From Azolla caroliniana (Eukaryota; Plantae; Polypodiophyta): a stretch of 64,000 nucleotides of DNA. Under the pieces are notes generated by a model. That model saw only the letters and a list, made by a program, of their open reading frames with translations, did no database searches and had not been told where the DNA came from. The position numbers and the translations under genes were made by a program. Where the stretch lies: positions 5,394,001 through 5,458,000 of the forward strand of contig JBHGNT010000022.1 in the NCBI GenBank assembly GCA_043228905.1. Direction: 5' to 3'. Of the stretch, positions 12,775 through 24,934 are shown in pieces (within the stretch, counting starts at the first letter, position 1; every line of letters begins with the position of its first letter).

Positions 12775-14037
12775 ATCATTATTCCGACTGGTGTCCAAAT
12801 TACTTCAATACCTAGGAAGTAATGAAGTTCGTACAGGTCTTTCATTTTGAATTTGCAGGAAAGAAGTGATTTAACTTTGTTAATCTCGGCGAGATCCTTT
12901 TCTCCGATGACCAAATCATCCACGTACAAGATGATGATTATTAAACTATCCGACTCGTTTAAGATGTATAGGGAAGTGTTGGATTTTGACATCCGAAATC
13001 CGACTTGAGGAAGATACTGCGGGATCTTCGAATGCCAAGCACACGGTGCTTGTTTGAGGCCGTAAAGTGGCTTCTTGAGTCGCCATATTGCGTGCGGATG
13101 TTTACGCGATTCGAATCCGGGTGGTTGTATCATATACACTCCTTCTTCTAGCTCTCCTTGGAGGAATGCATTTTTCACGTCCATCTGGTGGAGGGACCAC
13201 CCTTTCGCTGCAGCGAGTGCAATTACGATTCGTATTGTGGTCATCTTTGCCACCAGGGCAAAGGTTTCTTCGTAGTCTACACCGTGTGTTTGCGCGTATC
13301 CTTTTGCAACGAGCCGTGCTTTGAAGCAATTTACAGAGCCGTCGGCATTATGTTTCACTTTGTAAATCCACCTACAACCAATCAGTTTCTTGTTCAAGGG
13401 GATGAGGAACGAGATCCCATGTCTCGTTTTTACATAATGCTTCCATTTCCTCATTCATCGCATTAACCCATCGCGGATCTTTCACGGCTTTAGAAAGTGT
13501 TTCTGGCTCCCGTACTGAGGCTACCTTCATCATGAAGGCGTAATGATACGCTAAGTACTCGTCATAACCGTAGCGGTTTACCGGGTTCTTGTCACGCGTA
13601 GATCAGCATGGCTTGTCATTTGCAGACTCTAGAGGTTTCTTCACGCCGTCTGTGTGAATGTCAAGGCCTTCGAACTCACTATCAAGATCGAAATGATATT
13701 CGCATTCCTGCATTTTCGCCTTGCCTTTGTCTAGCTTTGGACTTGGCCGAAACGTGGTTTTATCACTTGGGGGCTCTTGCGGTCGACTCAACCGTGTCGT
13801 AGTTGGGATTTCTTCGAACATGTGTGGGAGCCGATCCTCATCTTCTATTTCTATTTCAATGTCATCAACGTCGAGCGAGGTTGGAGTCGAAGTGTTATCT
13901 GGCACGTACCAGGATGCATATTCGTCAAAGACTATGTCTCGACTTATTCGAACCTTACGGGTAGATGGGTTGTAGCATTTGTACCCCTTCTGTTCGAGTG
14001 AGTATCCTACGAGGATACATTTCTCCGACTTTGGATA
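12775..14037 (-). pseudogene. Copia C integrase C-terminus and RT
   Basis: KSEKCILVGY..KGYKCYNP; KARLVAKGY, QMDVKNAFL, LYGLKQAP, LYVDDL. Confidence 0.9.
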
Positions 14038-14213
14038 TGTCAGGATCAATACTAAGACAGAGAAGGAATTAGTACTAAAAGATTAGGATTAGTACTAAGA
14101 GAGGTGTAGAACTCTCGAGAGAAGGAAAGAGTGAGCGAGAGGGAGATAGAGAGAGAGAAAGGGTGAGAGAATGATGATAAAAGATATATATTATGTGAAG
14201 ATATATACAATAG

Positions 14214-14887
14214 TGTAAGGATTTGACGCTATCAAATCTTTCGCCTCTCGGCCACAACCGAGACAACACGGATCAATGCAGCAGAAAATGGAAAAAAAAA
14301 AAAAAAAAACACAGAGAGACGAATACACAGGGTATAACGTGGAAAACCCTAAACGGGAAAAACCACGGGAGTGCACGACTCCAACTATCACTATACACTG
14401 GAATATACAATGGCGAGCTGCAAGGCGACGACCTTGAGCTCGCTGTCCTCGCCACAGGCGGCGGTATTACACAGAGGCGTCGACCTCTTCGTTTCTCTCT
14501 CTCTCTCGCGGCTGCTCTCACTTCGCTCCCTCTAAGTCGAAAACAGAAAAATGAGCAACAACATAAATTGTTTGCCCTAAGTCATATTTATACACATATG
14601 ACTTTCGGGCTATTTACAAATATAGCCTCAAGGGCTCTTGGCAAACATATTCACAAATATGTCCCCGCATCCGGATCTCCCTCCGGGTACATTCGTCATC
14701 CGGCTCCGTAGCCGGGGTCTTCATCATCCGGCTCCGTAGCCAGGGTCTTCGTCATCCGGCTCCGTAGCCGGAGACTTCATCATCCGGCTCCGTAGCCAGG
14801 GTCTTCGTCATCCGGCTCCGTAACCGCAACCGGGCTTGCCGTCATTCATCTCCGGACATCCCATCCGGAGGGACCGAAATCCCAACA
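14214..14887 (-). repeat. 3' LTR of copia E
   Basis: Near-identical to 18956-19628; contains 29-bp tcttc(a/g)tcatccggctccgtagcc tandem units at ~14693-14825. Confidence 0.97.
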
Positions 14888-14897
14888 AACTCCCCCT

Positions 14898-17800
14898 TCA
14901 CTTCGGCATGGGATGTCTCTCCAATCCGATCCTCTTCCGGCATGCTTCCAGCTTGTCGGGTGTGAGCACTTTGGTCAGCATATCTGAGCCGTTCTCGTCC
15001 GTGTGGATCTTCGTCAGCACGAACTCCTGGTCTTCTATCCTTTCCCGGATCCAGTGATATCTTCGCTGGATGTGCTTCGTCCGGGAGTGATAGGCCGCGT
15101 TCTTCGCAAGGTGGATGGCACTCTGACTGTCGCAGTAGAGTCGGTACTCCTCCTGCCGGATACCGAGCTCTCTAATGAAGTCCTTCATCCATATCATTTC
15201 CTTGCCGGCTTCAACAGCCGCCATGTACTCCGCCTCCGTGGTTGACAACGCAACCGTCTTCTGCAGCCTCGACTGCCACGAAACAGCTCCCCCTGCATAC
15301 GTCATCACATACCCTGATATGGACCGGCTGGTATCTACATCAGCCGACATATCCGAATCGGTGAAGCCGTCGAGTTCGGGCTTACCGGAGCCGAATCGGA
15401 GGCACACGTTTGCCGTGCCCTTCAGGTATCGGAGTATCCACTTGGCCGCGCTCCAATGCTCTTTGCCGGGATTGCTCATGTACCGGCTCACCACTCCGAC
15501 TGCATATCCTATGTCCGGTCTCGTACACACCATGGCGTACATCAAGCTCCCGACGGCTGAGGCATACGGCACTTTCATCATATCCTCCTTTTCAGCCTTT
15601 GTCTTGGGACTTTGCTTGTTGGTCAACTTGCAGTTTGCTGGGAGGGTCGATCCGACCGGTCTTGCTTCCGACATGTTGAACCGTTGAAGCACCTTTGTCA
15701 CGTACTTCTCCTGTGACAGCCACAACTGCTTCTTCTTCCGGTCCCGGATGATGTGCATCCCTAATATTTGTCTCGCCGGACCCAAGTCCTTCATTGAGAA
15801 GGTTCGGTGAAGAGCCTTCTTCAGCATCCGTATCTTGACCTGGTCCCGTCCGACGATCAACATGTCGTCCACGTACAGGAGGAGTATTAGAGAGTCTCCT
15901 CCTTCGAACTTCTTCACAAACACGCAGTGGTCGGACTGCGTTTTGTGGTACCCTTCGTCGGTCATGAAGGAGTCGAACTTCCGGTACCATTGCCGGGGAG
16001 CCTGCTTCAGTCCGTAAAGGCTCTTCTTCAACCGGCATACCAGGTGCTCCTTCCCTTTCTTCTCGAATCCTTCCGGTTGCTGCATGTAGATCTCTTCTTC
16101 GAGGTCACCGTGAAGGAATGCCGTCTTCACGTCCATCTGTTCTACCTCGAGATCCATGCTTGCCGCTATGCTCAGCACCGTCCGGATGGAGGTCATCTTC
16201 ACTACCGGGGCAAATATCTCGTCGAAGTCGACGCCCTTCTTCTGCTGAAACCCCTTCACCACGATCCTGGCTTTGTATCTCGGGGGGTTTCCGGCATCTC
16301 CCGGTTTCAGCTTGAACACCCACTTGTTTCGAAGTGCCCGCTTTCCTTTCGGCAACTCCACAAGCTCATATGTGTGGTTCTCATGCAGGGAATCCATCTC
16401 GTCCTGCATGGCACTCAACCACCTGCGGCTCTGGGTGTCATGCTTTGCTTCTTCAAAGCTCTCCGGCTCCCCCTCGTCGGTTAGCAGCACGTGCTCTGGT
16501 TCCGGAAATCTCCGGGGGGCCCTTCTCTCTCTTAGAGGATATCTCCGTTCCGGAGCTTCGGTAACCGGTTCTTCCGATTCTTCTTCATCCGAATCCATTT
16601 CGGGATCGGGGCCGGTTCCGGTATCATTTTCATCTTCTTCGGCCGGTTCTGTTTCTTCATAGTCTTCGGCCGGATCCTCAAGTGTTAACCGGTCCCTTGC
16701 CGGTCGGGACTGCTCCTCATAGAGTTGATTCTCACCGGTCGACTTGGAGCTCTTCATCTTCTTCTCCGACTCCCAGTCGGCGAGTGTCTTGTCCTCCATG
16801 AAGATGATGTCTCGACTCCTGAATATCTTCTTGTCGACCGGGTCCCATACTCAGTAGCCAAACTCGTCGTCGCCGTAACCGAGGAATATGCATGGCCGGG
16901 TCTTTGGATCTAGCTTTCCTCTCCGGTCCTTTGCCACATGCACGTATGCGAGACACCCGAACACCTTCCGATGCCGGTAGGATACTTCCCTACCGGTCCA
17001 CACTCTCTGCGGCGTGTCTCCGTCCAAAGGTACTGAGGGTGATCTGTTTATCACGTATGTCGCCGTCGACATTGCCTCAGCCCAAAACCCCTTGGGTAAT
17101 TCCGCATGCGCCAGCATACTCCGGACCCTCTCCATTATGGTCCGGTTCATCCTCTCGGCCAACCCGTTCAGTTCCGGCGTCTTCGGCACAGTAAACTCGA
17201 GCCGGATTCCCTTCGAGCGACAGTACTCCTGGAACTGCCCCCGGTATTCCCCTCCGTTATCCGCTCGTATCGCTTTCAGCTTCTTGCCGGATTCCCTTTG
17301 TCTTCAACGGTGCCGTCCACAGTTTCCGGCTGTGGTCATCAATGAATGCCACGAAGTACTGGGCTCCGCCATGTGACTTCGTTTCTACTTGACACACGTC
17401 AGTGTGCACCAACTCCAATGGTGCGCTACGTCTCATCGGTGGCCTTGAGTGGAAGGAGGTCCGGTTTTGCTTACCGGCCAGGCAGTCGGTGCACTTCTCC
17501 AGGTGCACATGCTTCACTGGAATAAGGTTGTCTTCTGCAAGCCTCTTCATCCCCTTCTCACTCATGTGGCACAGTCTTTTGTGCCACAGCTCACCGGCAG
17601 TATCGGCTGCCACATTCAGCTCTTCCGGACATAACCGGGCATTCATCAGGTACAGTGTGTTGACCTTCCGGGCCCGAGCCACTATCAGGCTCCCTTTGCT
17701 GAACTTCATGACACCGTTCCGGATGCTACCCGTGTAGCCTTCATCGTCTAGCCTCCCGGCCGAAATCAGGTTCAATCGAACCTCCGGAACGTGTCGAACA

Positions 17801-18924
17801 TCCTTCAGCAGCATCTTGCATCCGGTTGATGTCATCAGCCACACGTCTCCTATGCCGGCAATCCGGCATGTGCCTTCATTTCCCATCCGGACACAGCCGT
17901 GCTCACCGGCTGTGTAGGATGAGAAGTATTTCTTCTCCGGGGTCAGGTGGAACGACGCTCCGGAATCGACCACCCAGGTCATCTCTTCACCGGCAAGGTT
18001 CAGCTCCCTCTCTTCGGTAATGAGCATTATCTCTTCTTCACTTGCCGCCAGTGCCGTCGTTCCTTTCCGGTCCTGCCCTCGCCGATCCGGACCTCTCCGG
18101 TCCGTGGCTCCCCGGTATGCACCGTTTCTCTCCGGTGACTTCTTCGAATCGGTGTTGTCGGCTCCGTTGTCCTTTCGGTAATGCCGACAATTCTTCCGGA
18201 AGTGCCCCGGCTTCCCACAGTGGAAGCACGTGGGTCTTCCTCTTGACTGCGACCGGGTCCCCGACTTCTCCCGTCTTTGCGGACTCCGGTTCCATTGTCT
18301 TCCCCGTTCCGATTCGGTAAGCAGCGCCTTCGAGTCGGAGGCCGGTTCTTTATCTCTCCGACGCGCTTCTTCGTTCAAAATACTTGTCTTTACCGTTTGT
18401 AGGGACAAGTTATCTTCCGTGCAGGAGGTGCTGAGTGTCACCACCAAGTTCTCCCAGCTTTCCGGCAATGTACACATCAGAATGATGGCTTGCATTGCAT
18501 CCTCCAACGGGAACTTGATCGCCGCAAGCTGGTTCACGAATCCCATGAACGTGCTTACGTGTTCCACCATACTCTCGCCGTCCCGGTAGTTGAGGTTCAC
18601 TATCTTCCTCATCAGGGAGGTCCGGTTCAACGCATTCTTCCTCTCGTAGAGGCCCGACAGCTTCCGCCACATCTCATATGCGTTGGTGTCGTTCGCCACA
18701 TGTTGTAGAACGCTCACGTCGACGTATTGCCGAATGGTTGCAACGGCTTTCCGGTTCAGAAGCCTCCATTCCGTCTCAAGTACCCCCTTGGGTATTTCCG
18801 ACCTGTCGATCGGTTCATACAGGTCCCGAACAATGAGCAGATCCTCCATCTTTATCTTCCAGTCGGCGTAGTTCTGCGCATTCAACACCATCATGCCCGG
18901 AGGCCCACTACCGCCGCCTTCCAT
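14898..18924 (-). pseudogene. Copia E gag-pol; two visible lesions (frameshifting deletion near 17297, TGA at 16851-16853)
   Basis: ORFs 17257-18924, 16851-17189 and 14898-16799 together give Gag-PR-INT-RT-RH. Relative to A, about 15 integrase residues after PLKTK are missing. Confidence 0.95.
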
Positions 18925-18955
18925 TTTTCTGTGTTACCGTGCTCTGATACCAGTT

Positions 18956-19628
18956 TGTAAGGATTTGACGCTATCAAATCTTTCGCCTCTCGGCCACAAC
19001 CGAGACAACACGGATCAATGCAGCAGAAAATGGAAAAAAAAAAAAAAAAAAACAGAGAGACGAATACACAGGGTATAACGTGGAAAACCCTAAACGGGAA
19101 AAACCACGGGAGTGCACGACTCCAACTATCACTATACACTGGAATATACAATGGCGAGCTGCAAGGCGACGACCTTGAGCTCGCTGTCCTCGCCACAAGC
19201 GGCGGTATTACACAGAGGCGTCGACCTCTTCGTTTCTCTCTCTCTCTCGCGGCTGCTCTCACTTCGCTCCCTCTAAGTCGAAAACAGAAAAATGAGCAAC
19301 AACATAAACTGTTTGCCCTAAGTCATATTTATACACATATGACTTTCGGGCTATTTACAAATATAGCCTCAAGGGCTCTTGGCAAACATATTCACAAATA
19401 TGTCCCCGCATCCGGATCTCCCTCCGGGTACATTCGTCATCCGGCTCCGTAGCCGGGGTCTTCATCATCCGGCTCCGTAGCCAGGGTCTTCGTCATTCGG
19501 CTCCGTAGCCGGAGTCTTCATCATCCGGCTCCGTAGCCAGGGTCTTCGTCATCCGGCTCCGTAACCGCAACCGGGCTTGCCGTCATTCATCTCCGGACAT
19601 CCCATCCGGAGGGACCGAAATCCCAACA
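18956..19628 (-). repeat. 5' LTR of copia E
   Basis: Near-identical to 14214-14887; adjacent tRNA-iMet PBS. Confidence 0.97.
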
Positions 19629-19816
19629 AATAGTGGCTAGCAGGCTTAAGACTGGCGTTGAACCGATTTGGTTCGAAATAATGCCTTGTGCCTCCTTTTA
19701 TAGTGTTCTCTGGAGTACTCCTGAAGTTCCTAGAATGTTCCAGAGAAATCTAGAATATACATCCATTTTCTATAATAAAACATAAATGACAATAATATTT
19801 TATGTATTACAATGTA

Positions 19817-19878
19817 TGGTCTAATGGTCAAGAGCTCGACCCATGTAGCATAAGGTCATGGGTTCGAGTCTTGCCATA
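19817..19878 (+). promoter_or_regulatory. tRNA-like Pol III A-box/B-box module in the D LTR (second copy 24865-24926)
   Basis: TGGTCTAATGG at 19817 and GGTTCGAGTC at 19861, 44 nt apart as in tRNA genes; the cloverleaf stems are not intact. Confidence 0.6.
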
Positions 19879-22800
19879 TCATGACACTATCCCCCCTTTA
19901 AAACGACGAGTGTCAGGAGTCATTTTGAATTGAGGACCCGGTTTGTCTAGATATTGATGATGGAAGTCTTCAAGAAGAGCACGAGCATTGGTCACATTCT
20001 CTATCGGTTCCCAAGTACGCTCGTTGAGACTATATCCTAGCCAATCGACTAGATAGTAGAGCTTGTTGCAAACAATCTTGGAATCAAGGATGGCGGCAAC
20101 CTCGTACTGAGGTCCATCTTCAAGCTCGATCGGGGGTGGAAGTTGTGTAATACGTCCTGGGATGGTGCTCTCTTGATAGGGTTCGAGGAGAGAACTATGA
20201 AACACCGGATGTAACCGAAGTTGCGGAGGTAGATCGAGACGAAAAGCGACATCATTAATCTTTCCTATAATACGGAAAGGACCTAATCGCCGATAATCCA
20301 ACTTCTCACATGGGCGAGTAGTCTTGATGTGTCGTCGTAGTAGCCATACCCAATCTCCAATGTTAAAACTGGATGGAAGTCGATGACGATCCATGTAAAC
20401 CTTGTGTGTTTGTTGAGCTTGATGGAGATGAGTAGATAAATCGGCTTGTATCTTGCGTAACCGCTCTAAACGATCCTCAGCACAAGGATTTGTGGACAAC
20501 TCTGGGGTTTCAAATAGGCACCACCGGGGGTGAGAACCCGTATAAGCATAAAATGGCGTAACTTTAGTCGATGCGTGGACAGAGTTATTGTAGGCAAATT
20601 TGACGAACTGGAGAATATTTGCCCAATCATCTTGATGATAGCTTAGAAAGCACCGAAGATACTGCTCCAGCGTTTGATTTGATCATTCTGCTTGGCCATT
20701 AGTTTGTGGGTGGTAGCCAGAGGAGAGGTTACAAGTAACCTTGAGCATTTTTAAATGGTGCTTTCAGAATTTCGATACGAAGTGGGGTCCACGGTCGCTG
20801 ATGATACTATCGGGAAGGCCATGATGTCGACATACTTCACACATGACAATTTCAACGGTTTCTTCACTGGATATTTCCTTAGTACATGGCAAGAAATGAG
20901 CCATCTTCGTATATCGATCTACGATTGTTAGAATCGCATTGAACCCCTTAGAGACTAGAAGATCTATGATGAATTCTAGAGCAATGGATTGCCACGGCTT
21001 GCTTGGAATTGGTGATGGTTCTAATAAACCATATGGATGATGACTTGGCATTTTCACTCTGCAACATGTATCACAAGTCCGAACAAAATCTTCGACAAAT
21101 TGTCACATACAGGGCCACCAAAATGATCGTTGTACTAAATCTAATGTTTTAGTACTACCAAAATGCCCAGTTGTATATGTGTCATGACAGTTTTGAACTA
21201 CTCGAAGGCGGCAAGAACCATTAGGAACATACAACAGTTTATTAAAGAATAGTAATCCATCATGGTATTTCAATTGCCAATAGTCCGTACCTGGTGGTGG
21301 CGACTGTGAACAAGATGCTCGAGAGGGATCAATTTGTGCTAGAATGGCTTGGGCGAAAGCATCGGTCTTCACGTCCTCACATATAGTATCGATAACGTGG
21401 GAATCCATGCGCATGCCAAAGACCTGTGTTGCTTGCAGTCGTGTCGGTCCCAAGATTACTTGCTTTTGGTTATCAAAAGCTGGCTCGTCGGGACGCGGTG
21501 CTAGGTACGAATGCCGTGATAATGCATCCGCCTTCCCTTGGTGCTTCCCCGGATGATATGTAATTTTGAAGTCGAAATGCGTGAGGAAGTGACGTCGATT
21601 TAACACACGAGCGCCCTAAAAGTAGGCAAGGTTTTTGTGGTCACTGAATATGATGACTTGATGAGAGGATCCCTCTAAAAAATGCCTCCATTCCGTAAAA
21701 GAGTCCACTATTGCCAATAGCTCCTTATCATGAATTTCGTAGTTGATTTCTGCGGCGTCAAACTTGCATGAGTGAAAAGACACAGGCTAGTTTCTCATAA
21801 TTACCCCGTTGTGATAGAGTGCTCCCCAATGTGAAATTTGATGCGTCTGCTTCGATAATGAATGGTTTTTCCGGATCGATATGAGCTAGAATTGGAGCCG
21901 ATGTAAATGCCTTGAATGCCATGTCCGCTTCTTTAGACCAGACGAACGATTGTCCCTTGCTGGTAAGCTATGTGAGAGGCAGAACGAGCTTTGAGTAATC
22001 CTGTATGAACTTCCGGTAAAAATTGGCAAAGCCTAAAAAGCATTACACATCTCACACCGAACGCGGATTCTGCCACTCTACCACAGTTTTGACCTTAGCT
22101 GGGTCCATGGAGATGCCTTCCGAGGAAATGACACAACCCAAAAATCTTACTTGGTTGCACCCAAAACTACATTTTTCCAGCTTTGCATAAAGACCATGTT
22201 CTCGAAGTCGTTTTAGTACTAACAGTACATGAGAATCATGCTCTTCTTTGGTCTTTGAATAAACCAGTAGATCATACAAATAGATTATCAAACAACTATC
22301 TAAGAGATCTCAGAATATATCATTTGCCATGTGCTGGAAGACTGTTGGCGCATTAGTGAGGCCGAACGGCATGACCGTATACTCGAAGTGCCCATATCTG
22401 GTACGAAACGCGGTCTTCCATTCATCTCTTGGTCGGATCCGTACGAGTTTATAGGCTCCCCGTAAGTCGATCTTCGTGAAGAACCTAGCACCATTGATCC
22501 GTTCTAAAAGAATTGAGATAAGGGGAAGTGCATACCTATTTCTGATTGTAACCTTATTCAAGCCACGGTAATCTACAACGAGACGAAGTGATCCATCCTT
22601 TGTCTTCACGAAGAAAATGGGTGCGCCGGCTGGAGATTTCGAATGCCGAATGAAACCATTTTCCAAATACTCCTCTATATAGACTCGCAGGACTTCTAGC
22701 TCGGTTGGTGACAAATTGTAGATCGGTCCCCGTGGTGGCTCTTTCCCCGGTTGTAAATCGATGGGGCAATCATATAGTCAATGGTGAGGAAGTGTATTGG

Positions 22801-24382
22801 CTTGTACTTTATCGAACACATCGGCATAATGATGATACTTCTTCGGAAATTGAACGGTGGACACCTCTTTAATGGTGTTTGAGGGCTTTACTGATATTGC
22901 GAAGAGAAACATTTCTTCCTTGCATCCTTCTTACCACAACTGATGTAGCGAAATGGTTGCAATCTCATGAGTAGACCCTCGGGCTTTTCGATACCGGATT
23001 TCTCTTGTTCTCCAATCTATGTCTGGGTTATGTAATTCGAACCATGGTAATCTTAAAACAATGAGCTTGGGCAAAGTTCCTATCCATGAAGCAAGAATTA
23101 GCTCCGGAATCTAGAAGTGCTAAGACATGTATTGGAGGGGTACTTTTAGTACTAACTATTACTTGGGCTACAAACACATTGCTAACTTGCTTAGAGGGAA
23201 TGGAACCACTAATGGGTTGCATAGATCAAGGGCTGTCCAACCAAATGGCTCCTATTTTGGTTCTTCTAACTGACTAAGGACATCAAATTTGTTCGTTAGA
23301 TTTGGGCTATTAGTACTATTAGGACTATCAGATATCACTACTGAAATAGATTCGGGTTTAGTACAATCAGAACTAGCAACTATTTGGTTTACATGCCTTC
23401 TTGGCCTATGGGGACAGTTTACCGTGATATGCCCTGGTCCACCGCAATAAAGACACAGTCGGTTTGCTCGGCGTCATTGCTTTTCTTCTTCCGATAGCGG
23501 TCCACGACGACGTGTGGTGTCAATTTCCATCGGAGTTGGAGTACTAACTTGAGGTGCATTATATGACTCCCTCGGAAAAGGTTTCTCTACCACCAAGGTG
23601 TAGGTAGGCTCAGATCTTGCCCTTGGCATCTGGAACTGATGTTCCGAATGCCGTTCAAAGAGGCGATTGTTGCATCTCACTGCGCGGCTAATTGCTTCTG
23701 TTAATGACTTTGGTTCTTCGGGAAAGGTCAAGAGTAAATCTTTGACATCATTACGTAGACCATAACGAAATTTCTCCATTAACGCTTGATCATCCTAGAT
23801 ATCAAAGACGAGTAGACGAAAATCTGCAGCGTATGTGGAGGCTGGACAATTGCCTTGACGTAGTCATCGAATTTTGTTGATTATTGTCCTTATGCTGTCA
23901 GTATCTCCAAAATAGGCTTTAAACTCACTTATAAATTCTTCAAAATTGTTTAGTACTAGAGATTCTTTTTCTAATAGCAGAGCGAACCATGCCAACGCTG
24001 AACCACTTAACAATGTGTCTACTAAACCCACTCGTGATGCATCGGTGGGATATTGGGAAGGATGCATTTGAATAACTAGTCGTAGCTGATTAAGGAACCC
24101 TCTAAATTGTGATCGCATTCCATCGAATTTCATGGGAAGGCTGATCTTGGGTTCTTTATGAATCCCTTGTGTTCCGGATCCTTGTTGTTGCATCGCTACG
24201 ATGGTTGCTTCGAGTTGTTGCACATGTAACGTCAGCTCCCCGTGTTGTTGTTTTTCCTGCGCTATTTATTGAAGATCCCCCAACAAACAGTGATTTTCTT
24301 GTTCTAGTGCTACAAATTTCTCCTTTAAGCAGTAGAGCTCTGAGAAAACAAATTGGTATTCCTGAGCGATAACAATTTCCAT
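19879..24382 (-). pseudogene. Chromovirus D gag and pol (PR-RT-RH-INT-chromodomain)
   Basis: [63 protein letters not shown], chromodomain. Confidence 0.92.
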
Positions 24383-24512
24383 TTTACTAGGGAGGATAAG
24401 AGGATTAGTATGAAAGGAAGAAAGGGGTAAGAAGATGTGGGAAACCGAAAAGAAGACCGGAAAAAGAGGATATGTAAGAAGATAAAAGGAAGAGGAGGAG
24501 ACGGAAAGAGGA

Positions 24513-24934
24513 CGTCAAGATTAGTACTAAGACAAAGAAGGAATTAGTACTAAAAGATGAGGATTAGTACTAAGAGAGGTGTAGAACTCTCGAGAGAAGG
24601 AAAGAGTGAGCGAGAGAGAGAGAGAAAGGGTGAGAGAATGATGATAAAAGATATATATTATGTGAAGAGAGTATACAATAGTGGCTAGGAGGCTTAAGAC
24701 TAGCGTTGAACCAATTTGGTTCGAAATAATGCCTTGTGCCTCCTTTTATAGTGTTCTCTGGAGTACTCCTGAAGTTTCTAGAATGTTCCAGAGAAATCTA
24801 GAATATACATCCATTTTCTATAATAAAACATAAATGAAAATAACATTCTCCGTATTACAATGTATGGTCTATTGGTCAAGAGCTTGACCCATGTAGCATA
24901 AGGTCTTGGGTTCGAGTCTTGCCATATCATGACA
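24513..24934 (-). repeat. 5' LTR of chromovirus D
   Basis: Matches 14038-14213 plus 19629-19886. Confidence 0.92.

Larger units (their letters stand above)
14214..19628 (-). mobile_element. Ty1/copia element E, complete and young, inserted in the 3' LTR of D
   Basis: LTRs 14214-14887 and 18956-19628 differ at about 5 positions by eye; perfect TSD AATAG (14209-13, 19629-33); PBS 18941-18952; PPT AGGGGGAGTT 14888-14897. Confidence 0.97.
14038..24934 (-). mobile_element. Ty3/gypsy chromovirus D (Tcn1-like), full length but degenerate
   Basis: 5' LTR ~24513-24934; 3' LTR 14038-14213 plus 19629-19886 (split by E); PPT AAGGGGGGATAG near 19887-19898; TSD GGATA/GGATC (14033-37, 24935-39); C-terminal chromodomain YEVAAILDSK..YLVDWLGY..TWEP. 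Confidence 0.93.

Noticed and set aside
14223-14711. ORFs inside LTRs (also 19018-19452, 31486-31989, 57196-57489, 63550-63957)
   Set aside because: They arise from stop-poor tandem repeats and poly(A), and show no protein motifs.
19810-19886. Functional tRNA gene
   Set aside because: Acceptor, anticodon and T stems do not pair properly; reported only as a tRNA-like promoter module.
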